Positions 1-8,236 of a stretch of 64,000 nucleotides of DNA are shown here, piece by piece. Each line of letters begins with the position of its first letter. The first letter of the stretch is position 1. The notes under the pieces were generated by a model. That model saw only the letters and a list, made by a program, of their open reading frames with translations. It was not told the origin of the DNA and searched no databases. The position numbers and the translations under genes are program-made. This DNA comes from Acidobacteriota bacterium. GTDB taxonomy: Bacteria > Acidobacteriota > UBA890 > WLXD01. The stretch is taken from NCBI GenBank assembly GCA_029263335.1, contig JAJCXS010000147.1, forward strand, positions 2,682-66,681, in the 5' to 3' direction.

Positions 1-1
1 A

Positions 2-136
2 CGGAGCTATCGAGTCAGTGCTTCGTCACCGTTCCGGTGGCAGGTCGATGGCGACTCGATGCCGCCGGCCACCGAGCTGGAAATCGGCATCCTTCCCGGG
101 CGCGTGCGTCTTATCGTGCCGACCGAAACGGACTGA
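2..136 (+). CDS. 3' end of a diacylglycerol/lipid kinase family (YegS-like) protein, partial
   Basis: Frame 2 reads RSYRVSASSPFRWQVDGDSMPPATELEIGILPGRVRLIVPTETD-stop. The QVDGD...I.PG.V.LIVP pattern is typical of DAGK C-termini. Confidence 0.6.
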   Translation, partial: RSYRVSASSPFRWQVDGDSMPPATELEIGILPGRVRLIVPTETD

Positions 137-139
137 GGG

Positions 140-781
140 TCAACTGTTCCCCGCCTCCGGCCGCGGGCGACTAACGTGAGCGTTCCCTGCTATGGCGAAG
201 CGCAGAGGCTCTTGGGCCCATTCGCCAGCGTAGTCCACGCCGACTCGTGGTCCGACGGCGATCGTCCGCGTTGGCAGTTGGCGTCGCCGCAGCAGTTCTA
301 CGAACAGTCGATTGTCGGAGACCATGTCTACACCGTCGAGGCGGCGGTCAATTGCCATCGCCTGGCAGAGCTTGCCCGGTCCGGAACACAGGTCGACGTC
401 GCGTCTTGCCGCTGATCGGCGACGGTGCATCGTGTCCATGCGTTGCTCCGGCTGCAGGGCGCGCAGCAAGACCGCAACGGGTTGTTCTGCACGACCCGCG
501 ACAACGTTCATGCAGCAGTGCATGCCGTAGACGAAGTAGACGTAGGCATGTCCACCGATGTTCCACATGCTTCGGTTGCGTCGCGTGTGCCGGCCGCCAT
601 AGGTATGTGCGGCGCGGTCGGCGACGCCCAAGTACGCCTCGGTCTCGACGATGATTCCGCTGGTGCGGATCCCGCGGTAACGGCGCACCAGTCGTTGTCC
701 CAGGAGCCGCCGCGCCACAACTACCGGGTCGCGGTTGAAGAAGCTGCGGTCGGCGCGCTCCGTAGCGCCCGACTCAGGCAT
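140..781 (-). CDS. mpg: DNA-3-methyladenine glycosylase (AAG/MPG family)
   Basis: Motifs IVETEAYLG, AYVYFVYGMH, AVLLRAL, LCSGPGKLCQA, GPRVGV. Confidence 0.93.
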   Translation of the reverse strand: MPESGATERADRSFFNRDPVVVARRLLGQRLVRRYRGIRTSGIIVETEAYLGVADRAAHTYGGRHTRRNRSMWNIGGHAYVYFVYGMHCCMNVVAGRAEQPVAVLLRALQPEQRMDTMHRRRSAARRDVDLCSGPGKLCQAMAIDRRLDGVDMVSDNRLFVELLRRRQLPTRTIAVGPRVGVDYAGEWAQEPLRFAIAGNAHVSRPRPEAGNS

Positions 782-1646
782 CGCCCGGCACGGCCGGCTG
801 GAGGGCGGGCTCTATCCGCCGGGCCACGACGTAACCGGCGGCACCCAGCAGGAGGCCGAAGATCGGATCGAGGGCATGGTGATAGCCCAAATAGACCGTG
901 GCCACGCTCATACCCGCCAACAGCGGTATCAGTAGCTTTCCCAGGCGTGGCAGGAAGCGCAGCGCCACCAGCGTGCAGACCATCGATCCGGCAATGTGGG
1001 ACGAAGGGAAGGCCGCGCCGGTGACACCGTCGGACGACTGCAGCGAGCGAATCACGTCGCCGAGGAAGAAGCCGGTGAACAGGCTCGGTTGCAGGTCCGG
1101 GTACTGCTGCAGAATCTGCGGGGGGCTCTTGGCGGGGAGCAACGCGAACAACGTGAAGTTGATGGCGTAGGTGAGCACAATGGCGCCGTAGCCGGCGATC
1201 GCACCGTCGACACGGCGCTTGGCGACGAGTACCACCGGTACCGCCAGGAAGAGGTAGTAGCTCAGGTAGCAAAACGCCATCATCTCGTCGAGCCAGGGTC
1301 GGAAGAGCGACTGTACGAGCACCGTCGGATGACCACCGAAGAGAGCGGCATCGCCGCGCATGAGCCAGTCGGTCGTCCAGTAGGAACCCCAGAGAAGGGG
1401 GATCTCATGTTCCAGCTGCCCCCACCAGAACAACAGCAAGGGCAGGGGGTACAGGGCGCGTGCGATTGTCCAGAAGCGACCACGGGGCGCCAGGCGAACG
1501 AGCGTCGGGATCATGGCGATGATGGCGAGATGGATCGCGACACGGCTCCACCGGCCCGGCACGTCGGTGCCCCCCACCACAAGCAACAGAGTCGCTGCCG
1601 TGTTGTAGGCGAGGGCTGTTCGGTCGGCTAGTTTGAACTCTCGCAC
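774..1646 (-). CDS. PAP2-family membrane phosphatase / phosphotransferase (AUR1/IPC synthase-like)
   Basis: Multiple TM segments; AFPSSH and YLGYHH..D motifs. Confidence 0.8.
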   Translation of the reverse strand: MREFKLADRTALAYNTAATLLLVVGGTDVPGRWSRVAIHLAIIAMIPTLVRLAPRGRFWTIARALYPLPLLLFWWGQLEHEIPLLWGSYWTTDWLMRGDAALFGGHPTVLVQSLFRPWLDEMMAFCYLSYYLFLAVPVVLVAKRRVDGAIAGYGAIVLTYAINFTLFALLPAKSPPQILQQYPDLQPSLFTGFFLGDVIRSLQSSDGVTGAAFPSSHIAGSMVCTLVALRFLPRLGKLLIPLLAGMSVATVYLGYHHALDPIFGLLLGAAGYVVARRIEPALQPAVPGDA

Positions 1647-1788
1647 GATGGCAGTTTCGGCTTTGAGAAGAGGTGCCTCGGGGCTCTCCGAGGTTCCGAT
1701 GGAAGTGTAATTAAAGTGGTGCAGGGCCGATAACCATCGGGTACCATCCCAGAGACCGCTAGAAGCCCACGTCTGGAGTCTGAGTTTC

Positions 1789-2097
1789 GTGAAGAGAATC
1801 TATGTAGGTAATTTGTCTTGGAGTACCTCTGACGAGGATCTCCGCGAGTTCTTCTCTCAGTTCGGAACCGTGCAGGACGCCACTGTCATCACGGACCGGG
1901 ACACGGGTCGCTCGCGTGGCTTCGGTTTTGTCGAGATGGAAGATGCCGACGGCGACAACGCCATCTCTGAAGCCAACGGCGCTTCGCTCGGCGGGCGCAA
2001 CCTGCGCGTCAACGAAGCTCAGCCCCGCGGCAGCAGCGGTGGCGGTGGCGGCGGCGGTCACCGTGGCGGTGGCGGCGGCGGCGGGGGTCGCTGGTAG
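1789..2097 (+). CDS. RRM (RNP-1) RNA-binding protein with Gly-rich tail
   Basis: RNP2 IYVGNL, RNP1 RGFGFVEM, C-terminal GGGG/RGG tail. Confidence 0.95.
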   Translation: MKRIYVGNLSWSTSDEDLREFFSQFGTVQDATVITDRDTGRSRGFGFVEMEDADGDNAISEANGASLGGRNLRVNEAQPRGSSGGGGGGGHRGGGGGGGGRW

Positions 2098-2123
2098 CAC
2101 CAGTCCTCCAGTCAAGAGATATG

Positions 2124-2158
2124 GCGCGGGCAGCTGCTGAGCTGCCCGCGCTTTTCTT
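2124..2158 (+). terminator. Rho-independent terminator after the RRM gene
   Basis: Perfect 11-bp stem GCGCGGGCAGC-tgctga-GCTGCCCGCGC followed by TTTTCTT. Confidence 0.85.
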
Positions 2159-2175
2159 GTGTGGGGCTGGGTAGG

Positions 2176-3111
2176 CTAGCGCGTCCAGATCTGCGAGTTT
2201 GGGAAGAAGGCCAACCAACCCGACTCGTACGCCAGCACCGTCATGACCAGTTCGTCGGTGTTGTCGGTCGCCCACGCCGTGAGTCCCTCGGCGTCGAAAT
2301 GGATCGTCACCGCCTGCTCGTTCACCTGCAGTTGCAGGGGCGTGTCCGCCTGCTCGAGCTCGCGCAGGGGAAAGAACCGCGCCTCGTCGCCGAGTACCAG
2401 GCCCAGGCCCAGCGTGGAGACATCGTGTCCGGCTTCGCTGCTGCGCCGAGTGCCAGGCTCGAAATCCTGGTACACGTAGCGTCGCCCCTCGCGCTCCAGC
2501 ACCATTACCCGCGTGTCGGGATGCCGGCTGCGCCAGAACCCCCAAGTCGCCTGCAACGTGGGAATCGACTCCAGCGGTGTGCCTTCCATGGGCCCGCTGA
2601 TCGACTGGCCGGCGAGTTGTGACCAGACGCTGTCGGTCTCCCGGTCGACGATCAGCAGGTTGTTATCGACGAGGCCCTCGGCGAAGTCGAAGGTAAGTTC
2701 CTTGCCACCTTGACGACGGGCGTACACGACGCCCGAGCCAGTGATGGGTCACCAGGTGGGAGCGAGGGAGGTGTCGCCCACTACATCGTTCACAACCTCG
2801 ACGGCGGCCAGGTAGCGGATCGGGTAGGCCATCGGCTGGCCGTCGATCATCACTCCGAGTACCAGTTCGTCGTCTGCCAGGTCCGCCTCGTCGGCAGCGA
2901 TCGACGCCGGGTCCACCGGGACCTCTCGAACCCGCATCTCCATGAGCTCTGCGGGTGCTCCGGGGCGCGGCTGCACGTTGGCGCGCACCGTGCGGCCTTC
3001 TTCTTGTGGCGCCCCCGGCTGTGGTGAAGCTGCCGCCGGGGCGACCGCCATGATCGCGCCCAGCGTCACGAGAGCCATGAGCCAGGGACTAGGCCGAAGG
3101 GTGGACCTCAT
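2176..3111 (-). CDS. DUF3179-domain secreted selenoprotein (Sec at TGA 2749-2751), ~311 aa
   Basis: ORFs 2749..3216 and 2176..2727 are in the same frame and read APTW-(TGA)-PITGSGVVYAR. The TGA occupies the Cys of the DUF3179 T.CP..GS motif. Other DUF3179 motifs: AYPIRYL...EVVND, NNLLIVDRETDSVWSQL, W.AFFP. ATG at 3111 has a GGAG RBS and a signal peptide. Confidence 0.85.
2717..2735 (-). promoter_or_regulatory. Putative bacterial SECIS element
   Basis: mRNA: UGA-13 nt-CGGGCGU-(CGUGU)-ACGCCCG. This is a perfect 7-bp stem with a G-containing apical loop 20 nt after the UGA. Confidence 0.7.
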
Positions 3112-3354
3112 TACATCTCCCAATGCGGTAGGCGGCCCGTCAGCATGACGATCTCGGAGAGCCGAGAGCAGGCCGCAAACTCTACGTCTCGCGATCGAGG
3201 CCAGAGCATAGAGCACTCGTCGGCGCAGCTGCCAGCGGATGATTCGAACCGGTGTGGGCCAGGTGTCAACGAAACGACCTTCTCGCGAGTATTGCAGTAG
3301 GTAGATGCCCCGACCGAGGGCGTACCCAACCTACCTGCGAACCGGAGATTACGG

Positions 3355-3741
3355 ATGAAGACACTGCACCACGCCATGATGGGCGTCACGATGATCGCGA
3401 TCTTGGCGGCCGCCGCTGGCGTGATTCACCCGTGGGCCACGACTGCTGAGGCGCAACACAGCGCGAGCCGGCAACACGGCGAGGTCGATGACCCACAGGA
3501 GCACTTCGCCGCGCTGGCCGACATGCTCACGCTCACGGCAGCACAGCGCGAGGCGCTGCAGGCGCCGTTTGCGGAGGCCTTTGCGGCCATGCAGCAACTG
3601 CACCAGCTGCACGACGTGATCGCGGCTGAGCTGACCGATGAGCAAAGCGAGGTTTTCGGCAACATGATCCACAAGGCGATGGCCGAGCAGATGGGTCATC
3701 ACGAAGACCAGGCAGATCACCGAGGCCACAGTCACCCGTAG
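3355..3741 (+). CDS. Secreted His/Met-rich helical protein (Spy/CpxP or metal-binding periplasmic-like)
   Basis: Signal peptide, LTxxQ repeats (LTAAQ, LTDEQ), His-rich C-terminus. Confidence 0.6.
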   Translation: MKTLHHAMMGVTMIAILAAAAGVIHPWATTAEAQHSASRQHGEVDDPQEHFAALADMLTLTAAQREALQAPFAEAFAAMQQLHQLHDVIAAELTDEQSEVFGNMIHKAMAEQMGHHEDQADHRGHSHP

Positions 3742-3792
3742 CGGAGCGGCCGGGTCCCGGGGCGCTTGGCGTATGCTCCCCGGGACGAAGCC

Positions 3793-4347
3793 ATGAAAGA
3801 TGAACAGAACCGGACCGATGAGGAGTTGGCGCGGGCAGCGAGGCGCGGCGACGCTGATGCCTACGATGTGCTCGTCCGGCGTTACCTGCGTCCGGCGATG
3901 GCACTCGCCTGGCAATACACGCGCCGGCTCGAGGATGCCGAGGACGTTGTCCAGGAGGGTTTCCACCGCGTCGTGCGGTCCCTGGCCGAGTACGACGACC
4001 GCCGTTCGTTCAGCCCGTGGTTCTACACGATTGTCCGCAACGTCGCTCGGACGGCGATCAGCAAGGATGGTCGGCGCGCCGCACTCGCTCCACTCACTCT
4101 CCTGGAAGACGAGCCGCCAGCCGCGACATCAGCCGATCCCGTGGCGGCCAGCGACGTGGCGCATGCCATCGACAATCTCGCCCCCATGCAACAGGCCTGC
4201 GTGCGGCTGTGCGACATGGAAGGGTTCACCAGCGGCGAGGCGGGCACGATGCTCGGCATCGGCGAGGCTACGGTGCGTACGCACCTGCACCGTGCGCGCA
4301 AACAGCTCAGGGTCGCGATGGCTACGCGACAGGGTATGCTCCCATGA
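3793..4347 (+). CDS. ECF sigma-70 factor
   Basis: Region 2 DAEDVVQE..F..W.Y.I.RN and region 4 E...LGI...TVRTHLHRAR. Confidence 0.92.
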   Translation: MKDEQNRTDEELARAARRGDADAYDVLVRRYLRPAMALAWQYTRRLEDAEDVVQEGFHRVVRSLAEYDDRRSFSPWFYTIVRNVARTAISKDGRRAALAPLTLLEDEPPAATSADPVAASDVAHAIDNLAPMQQACVRLCDMEGFTSGEAGTMLGIGEATVRTHLHRARKQLRVAMATRQGMLP

Positions 4348-4703
4348 TGGCTGAGAATCCGGTCTCGAAGTTGCCCGAGGACCCCGCGTACTGGCGACGT
4401 TTGTCGCGGCAGATTAGCGATGACGCCGCGGCGCCCCTGGCGGCGTACGCCGGCGAACACGACGTCTGGTATGGGTCATTGGCCCGTAACGCGCCATGGG
4501 TCGTGGCAGCGTCCGCTGCGGCGATGCTGGTGCTCTGGTTCGCCCTGCCGACCACAGATTCTCCGCAGGTGGCTCGTTGGTTCGAGTCTTCGCTCGCACC
4601 AAACGAGATTGCTGGAACGCTCGTGGGTGGGCCGGTGCCGCCCAGCGTGGACGAACTGATGGCCCAGTTTCCTCCGGCGCTCGATGGCGAGGGCACGCGA
4701 TGA
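4344..4703 (+). CDS. Putative single-TM anti-sigma factor
   Basis: ATGA overlap with the sigma stop; one TM (WVVAASAAAMLVLWF). Confidence 0.65.
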   Translation: MMAENPVSKLPEDPAYWRRLSRQISDDAAAPLAAYAGEHDVWYGSLARNAPWVVAASAAAMLVLWFALPTTDSPQVARWFESSLAPNEIAGTLVGGPVPPSVDELMAQFPPALDGEGTR

Positions 4704-5077
4704 GCGGCCCAGGCCTTCGCGCCGCGGCAGCACTGCTGTTCGTGTTCGCGGCCGGAGTTTTCGCCGGCATCTTTCTCGACAGACATCACCTGATGGCACC
4801 GGCGACGGATGCCACGCCGGCGCAGGAGCACGCGCGGGCTCTCGCCGATCTGCGGGAGTCTCTCGAGCTCGACGAGCACCAGATGGATCGGATCCATGCC
4901 ATTCTTGCCGACAATCAGCAGATCGTGCAGCAGATGTGGGAGCAACTTCGCCCCGAGGTGCAGACCGCGATGCGGCATGTACACGAAGAGATCGCCGAGC
5001 AGCTGCGTCCCGAGCAGATTGACCGGTTCCACGACTGGCTGAACCGACACGGGACCGGGCCCGGACCGACTCACTGA
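4700..5077 (+). CDS. Membrane-anchored periplasmic heavy-metal sensor-like protein (CnrX/Metal_resist-like)
   Basis: ATGA overlap; N-terminal TM; helical domain with L.L..EQ / LRPEQ motifs and several His/Met. Confidence 0.6.
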   Translation: MSGPGLRAAAALLFVFAAGVFAGIFLDRHHLMAPATDATPAQEHARALADLRESLELDEHQMDRIHAILADNQQIVQQMWEQLRPEVQTAMRHVHEEIAEQLRPEQIDRFHDWLNRHGTGPGPTH

Positions 5078-5103
5078 TTTCTCCACTGCAGGTAAACCAC
5101 CGC

Positions 5104-7512
5104 ATGAACAACTTCAAAGCTGCCGCGAAATCGCTTCTTTCCACCCCGGGCCCGACGCTGGTGGTCATCGCGACCTTGGCCATCGCGATTGGTGCCAACA
5201 CCGCGATCTTCAGCGTCGTTAACGGTGTGCTATTACGCTCGCTCGGTTTCGGCGACGAGGGACAGCTGGTGGTGCTGTGGCAGACCAACGAGGCTCAGGG
5301 TCTGGAGAACTCGCGATTCTCGATGGGCGACTATCGCGACGTGCGTGAAAGCGCCGCGGCCTTCGATGGGCAGGTCGCGATCTACCGGTACGTCGGCTTC
5401 ACCATGACGGCGCTCGAGCGACCGGCGCGGGTCAGCTCGTTGGTCATTTCGCCGCGCGTTTTTCGCGTGTTGCAGGCCGGGCCCGAAGTCGGTCGAGTCT
5501 TCGATGAAGATGACGAGAAGCCTGGCAGCGAGAAACAGGTTGTCCTGACCCATGCGTCCTGGACGCGGCGTTTCGGCGCGGATCCGGAGATCGTCGGCAC
5601 GACCGTAGAACTGGACAGCGAGCCGTACACCGTAGTGGGCGTTAGCGAGGAGGGCTTCCATTTTCCGCCCGGCGACGACCAGGTGGAGATGTACACCCCG
5701 TTGACGCTCGACGACGGGATCCTGCTCGATCGAGCCCATCGCATGTTCGACACGGTGGCCCGTCTCAGCGACGGTGCCTCCGTCGCGGCGGCGAACGATG
5801 AGGTAAGCGCTATCGCGGAACGGCTCGACCGTGAGTTCAGCGACACCAATGAAGGCTGGGGAATGCGAGTTCGGCCGCTACGCGCGGAGGTCCTCGGCGA
5901 TGTCGCCGCGACGCTGTGGGTGCTTTCGGCCGCGGTGTTCCTCGTACTCCTCATCGCTTGCGCCAACATCGCCAACGTTCTGGTGGTTCGGTCCTCAGCC
6001 ACGGCGCGAGAGTTTGCGGTGCGTGCGGCAATGGGTGCCCGGGCCGCCGACCTGGCCAAGCGTTCGCTGGCCGAGAGTCTGTTGCTGGGGCTGTTCGGCG
6101 GCGGCGTCGGATTGTTGATAGCGCTGTGGGGCGTGGCCTTCCTGCGAGCGGTGATGCCGGCAGAGGTTCCACGCGGCGCGCAGATCAGTCTTGATGGCAC
6201 GGTACTCGTGTTCGCGGCCGCGCTGTCGATCGGAGCCAGCGTTCTGTTCGGCTTGCTGCCGGCGTTTCGCAGCATGTCGCCCAACCTCGCTGAACTGCTC
6301 AAGCCCGCCGGAGCTTCCGGAACCACCGTGGGAGGCGCTCGCCGGCTGCGCGAACTGATGGTGGTTGTCGAGGTTGCCCTGGCCATGGTGCTGCTCGTGG
6401 GTGCCGGGCTGATGGTGCGCAGTTTCGCGCGGCTGAACGAAGTTGACCCTGGCTTCCGACAGGATGGCGTCGTAGCGGTTGCCGTCGAGTTGCCCCGTTC
6501 GCGTTACCAAACGGACGAGCGACGGACCTTCTTCAAGCAGCTCGTAACGCGGGTGGCCGACTTGCCCGGCGTGAAGGGAGCGGGCGGTGTGTCGGATCTG
6601 CCAATGAGTGAGGTTGGCGTCGCTTTTGAAATGAGTTTCACCGTGCTCGGGTTGGACTCGCTCGCCCCGACGGCACGGCCGAACGCCGATTTCCGCGCCA
6701 TTCTTCCTGGCTATATCGAGGCGATGGGGATCGAGCTGATCCGGGGACGTTCCTTCGACATTCTCGATGGCGAGGACGATCGCAAGATCGCCTTGGTCAA
6801 CGAGACGTTGGTGGAGCGCTACTTCAAGGACATCGACCCGATAGGGCAGATGCTGCGCATGCCGATGGCCGGCGATCTGGAGATCGTCGGCGTGGTTTCT
6901 GACATCCGCCACGGTGGGCTGCAGTCGGAATTCGCTCCCGAACTGTTTATTCCATACGACCAGATATCCATGAGCGAGATGCACATTGTCGTGCACTCGG
7001 ACCTGGAGCCGGGGGCAGCGGCAGCGGCCGTGCGTGACGTGCTTGCCGACATGGATCCGCAGCTCGCACCCACGGCGGTCGTTGCCATCGCCGACCTTCT
7101 CTGGGAGTCCGTCGCCCAGCCGCGCTTCAACACCGCGTTATTGGTCGCGTTGGCTATCTGCGCGGCGGTACTGGCCAGCGTGGGCACCTACGGCATCGTC
7201 GCCTACACGGTCACCCAACGCACCGGCGAGATCGGTGTGCGCATGGCTCTGGGCGCGGATTCGAGCGCCACCGTTGCGATGATCGTGCGTCAGGCGCTCG
7301 GCATCGTCGTCCTGGGGGCGTTCGTGGGGCTGTTGGGGGCGTTCGGGGCGACGCGGTTCTTGACCCAGTTGCTCTTCGGTATCCGGCCAACGGATCCGCT
7401 CACCTACGGGCTGGTACTTGTCGTCGCGGTTGTTGTCGGCGGCGTGGCCGCCTGGATGCCCGCGCGTCGCGCCACTCGCATCGACCCGGTCTCGGCGCTC
7501 CGCGAAGACTAA
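5104..7512 (+). CDS. ADOP-type duplicated ABC permease (MacB_PCD/FtsX x2)
   Basis: Motifs [53 protein letters not shown]. Confidence 0.92.
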   Translation: MNNFKAAAKSLLSTPGPTLVVIATLAIAIGANTAIFSVVNGVLLRSLGFGDEGQLVVLWQTNEAQGLENSRFSMGDYRDVRESAAAFDGQVAIYRYVGFTMTALERPARVSSLVISPRVFRVLQAGPEVGRVFDEDDEKPGSEKQVVLTHASWTRRFGADPEIVGTTVELDSEPYTVVGVSEEGFHFPPGDDQVEMYTPLTLDDGILLDRAHRMFDTVARLSDGASVAAANDEVSAIAERLDREFSDTNEGWGMRVRPLRAEVLGDVAATLWVLSAAVFLVLLIACANIANVLVVRSSATAREFAVRAAMGARAADLAKRSLAESLLLGLFGGGVGLLIALWGVAFLRAVMPAEVPRGAQISLDGTVLVFAAALSIGASVLFGLLPAFRSMSPNLAELLKPAGASGTTVGGARRLRELMVVVEVALAMVLLVGAGLMVRSFARLNEVDPGFRQDGVVAVAVELPRSRYQTDERRTFFKQLVTRVADLPGVKGAGGVSDLPMSEVGVAFEMSFTVLGLDSLAPTARPNADFRAILPGYIEAMGIELIRGRSFDILDGEDDRKIALVNETLVERYFKDIDPIGQMLRMPMAGDLEIVGVVSDIRHGGLQSEFAPELFIPYDQISMSEMHIVVHSDLEPGAAAAAVRDVLADMDPQLAPTAVVAIADLLWESVAQPRFNTALLVALAICAAVLASVGTYGIVAYTVTQRTGEIGVRMALGADSSATVAMIVRQALGIVVLGAFVGLLGAFGATRFLTQLLFGIRPTDPLTYGLVLVVAVVVGGVAAWMPARRATRIDPVSALRED

Positions 7513-8234
7513 CCGTGGGCTAGTTCGTCGGGATCCAGTACGCCCGCGGTCGCATCGGTGGGCGTTTCCACGGCTGTTCCAGGGAAGACATAGCCGACGC
7601 CGTGCTTGGTGCGGATTCGGGCGCTGCCCAGCTTGCGACGCAGATTGCGCACATGAGTGTCGAGGGCCCGTTCACCCGATGCGGCACCGCGCCCATGGGC
7701 CAGTCGCGCAAAGTCGTCCCTCGTAACTGCACTACCGGCGTTGCGCATCATCAGCGCGAGCAGGTCGAACTCCAAGCTGGTCAAGTGCACGGTCTTGCCG
7801 CCATCGGTAACACGGTAGCTCCCCGGGTAGAGCTTGAGCCCTGCGCCCGCAAGGGGCGCTGTCGGTGACGGCCGACGATACTTCCGGCGCAGTAGCGCTC
7901 CCACCTGAGCACGAAGCTCGGTGGGGTCCGCCGGTTTCGCCAGGTAGGCGTCGGCACCGATCTCGAGGCCGATGGCGCGATCGATCTGCGCTCCACGGCT
8001 ACTCAGAACGAGCACGGGAACAGCGTTTTCGCGCCGCAGTTGAGTAAGAAAGGTAGCGCCGCTCATGCCTGGCAGTACGACTTCCAGAATGACGAGCGCG
8101 TAGTCGTTCTTGCGGGTCGCCTCGAGGCCGGCACTGCCGTTGGCGACGGTCGTCCAGCGGATCGTGTCGTTGCCGATCACCGTGGGCAGTGTTCGCCCGA
8201 CGCCCGGATCCGGATCGACGATCAGCACTCGCAC
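7509..8234 (-). CDS. OmpR/CpxR-like response regulator with atypical receiver (Asp->Glu)
   Basis: GLEIGADAYLAKP; winged helix LTSLEFDLL...DTHVRNLRRKLG...GVGY. GTG start inferred at 8234. Confidence 0.85.
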   Translation of the reverse strand: MRVLIVDPDPGVGRTLPTVIGNDTIRWTTVANGSAGLEATRKNDYALVILEVVLPGMSGATFLTQLRRENAVPVLVLSSRGAQIDRAIGLEIGADAYLAKPADPTELRAQVGALLRRKYRRPSPTAPLAGAGLKLYPGSYRVTDGGKTVHLTSLEFDLLALMMRNAGSAVTRDDFARLAHGRGAASGERALDTHVRNLRRKLGSARIRTKHGVGYVFPGTAVETPTDATAGVLDPDELAHG

Positions 8235-8236
8235 GG

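Noticed and set aside
2176-3216. DUF3179 pseudogene or two separate genes
   Set aside because: The single in-frame TGA sits at the conserved Cys position and is followed by a SECIS-like hairpin, so recoding is the better explanation.
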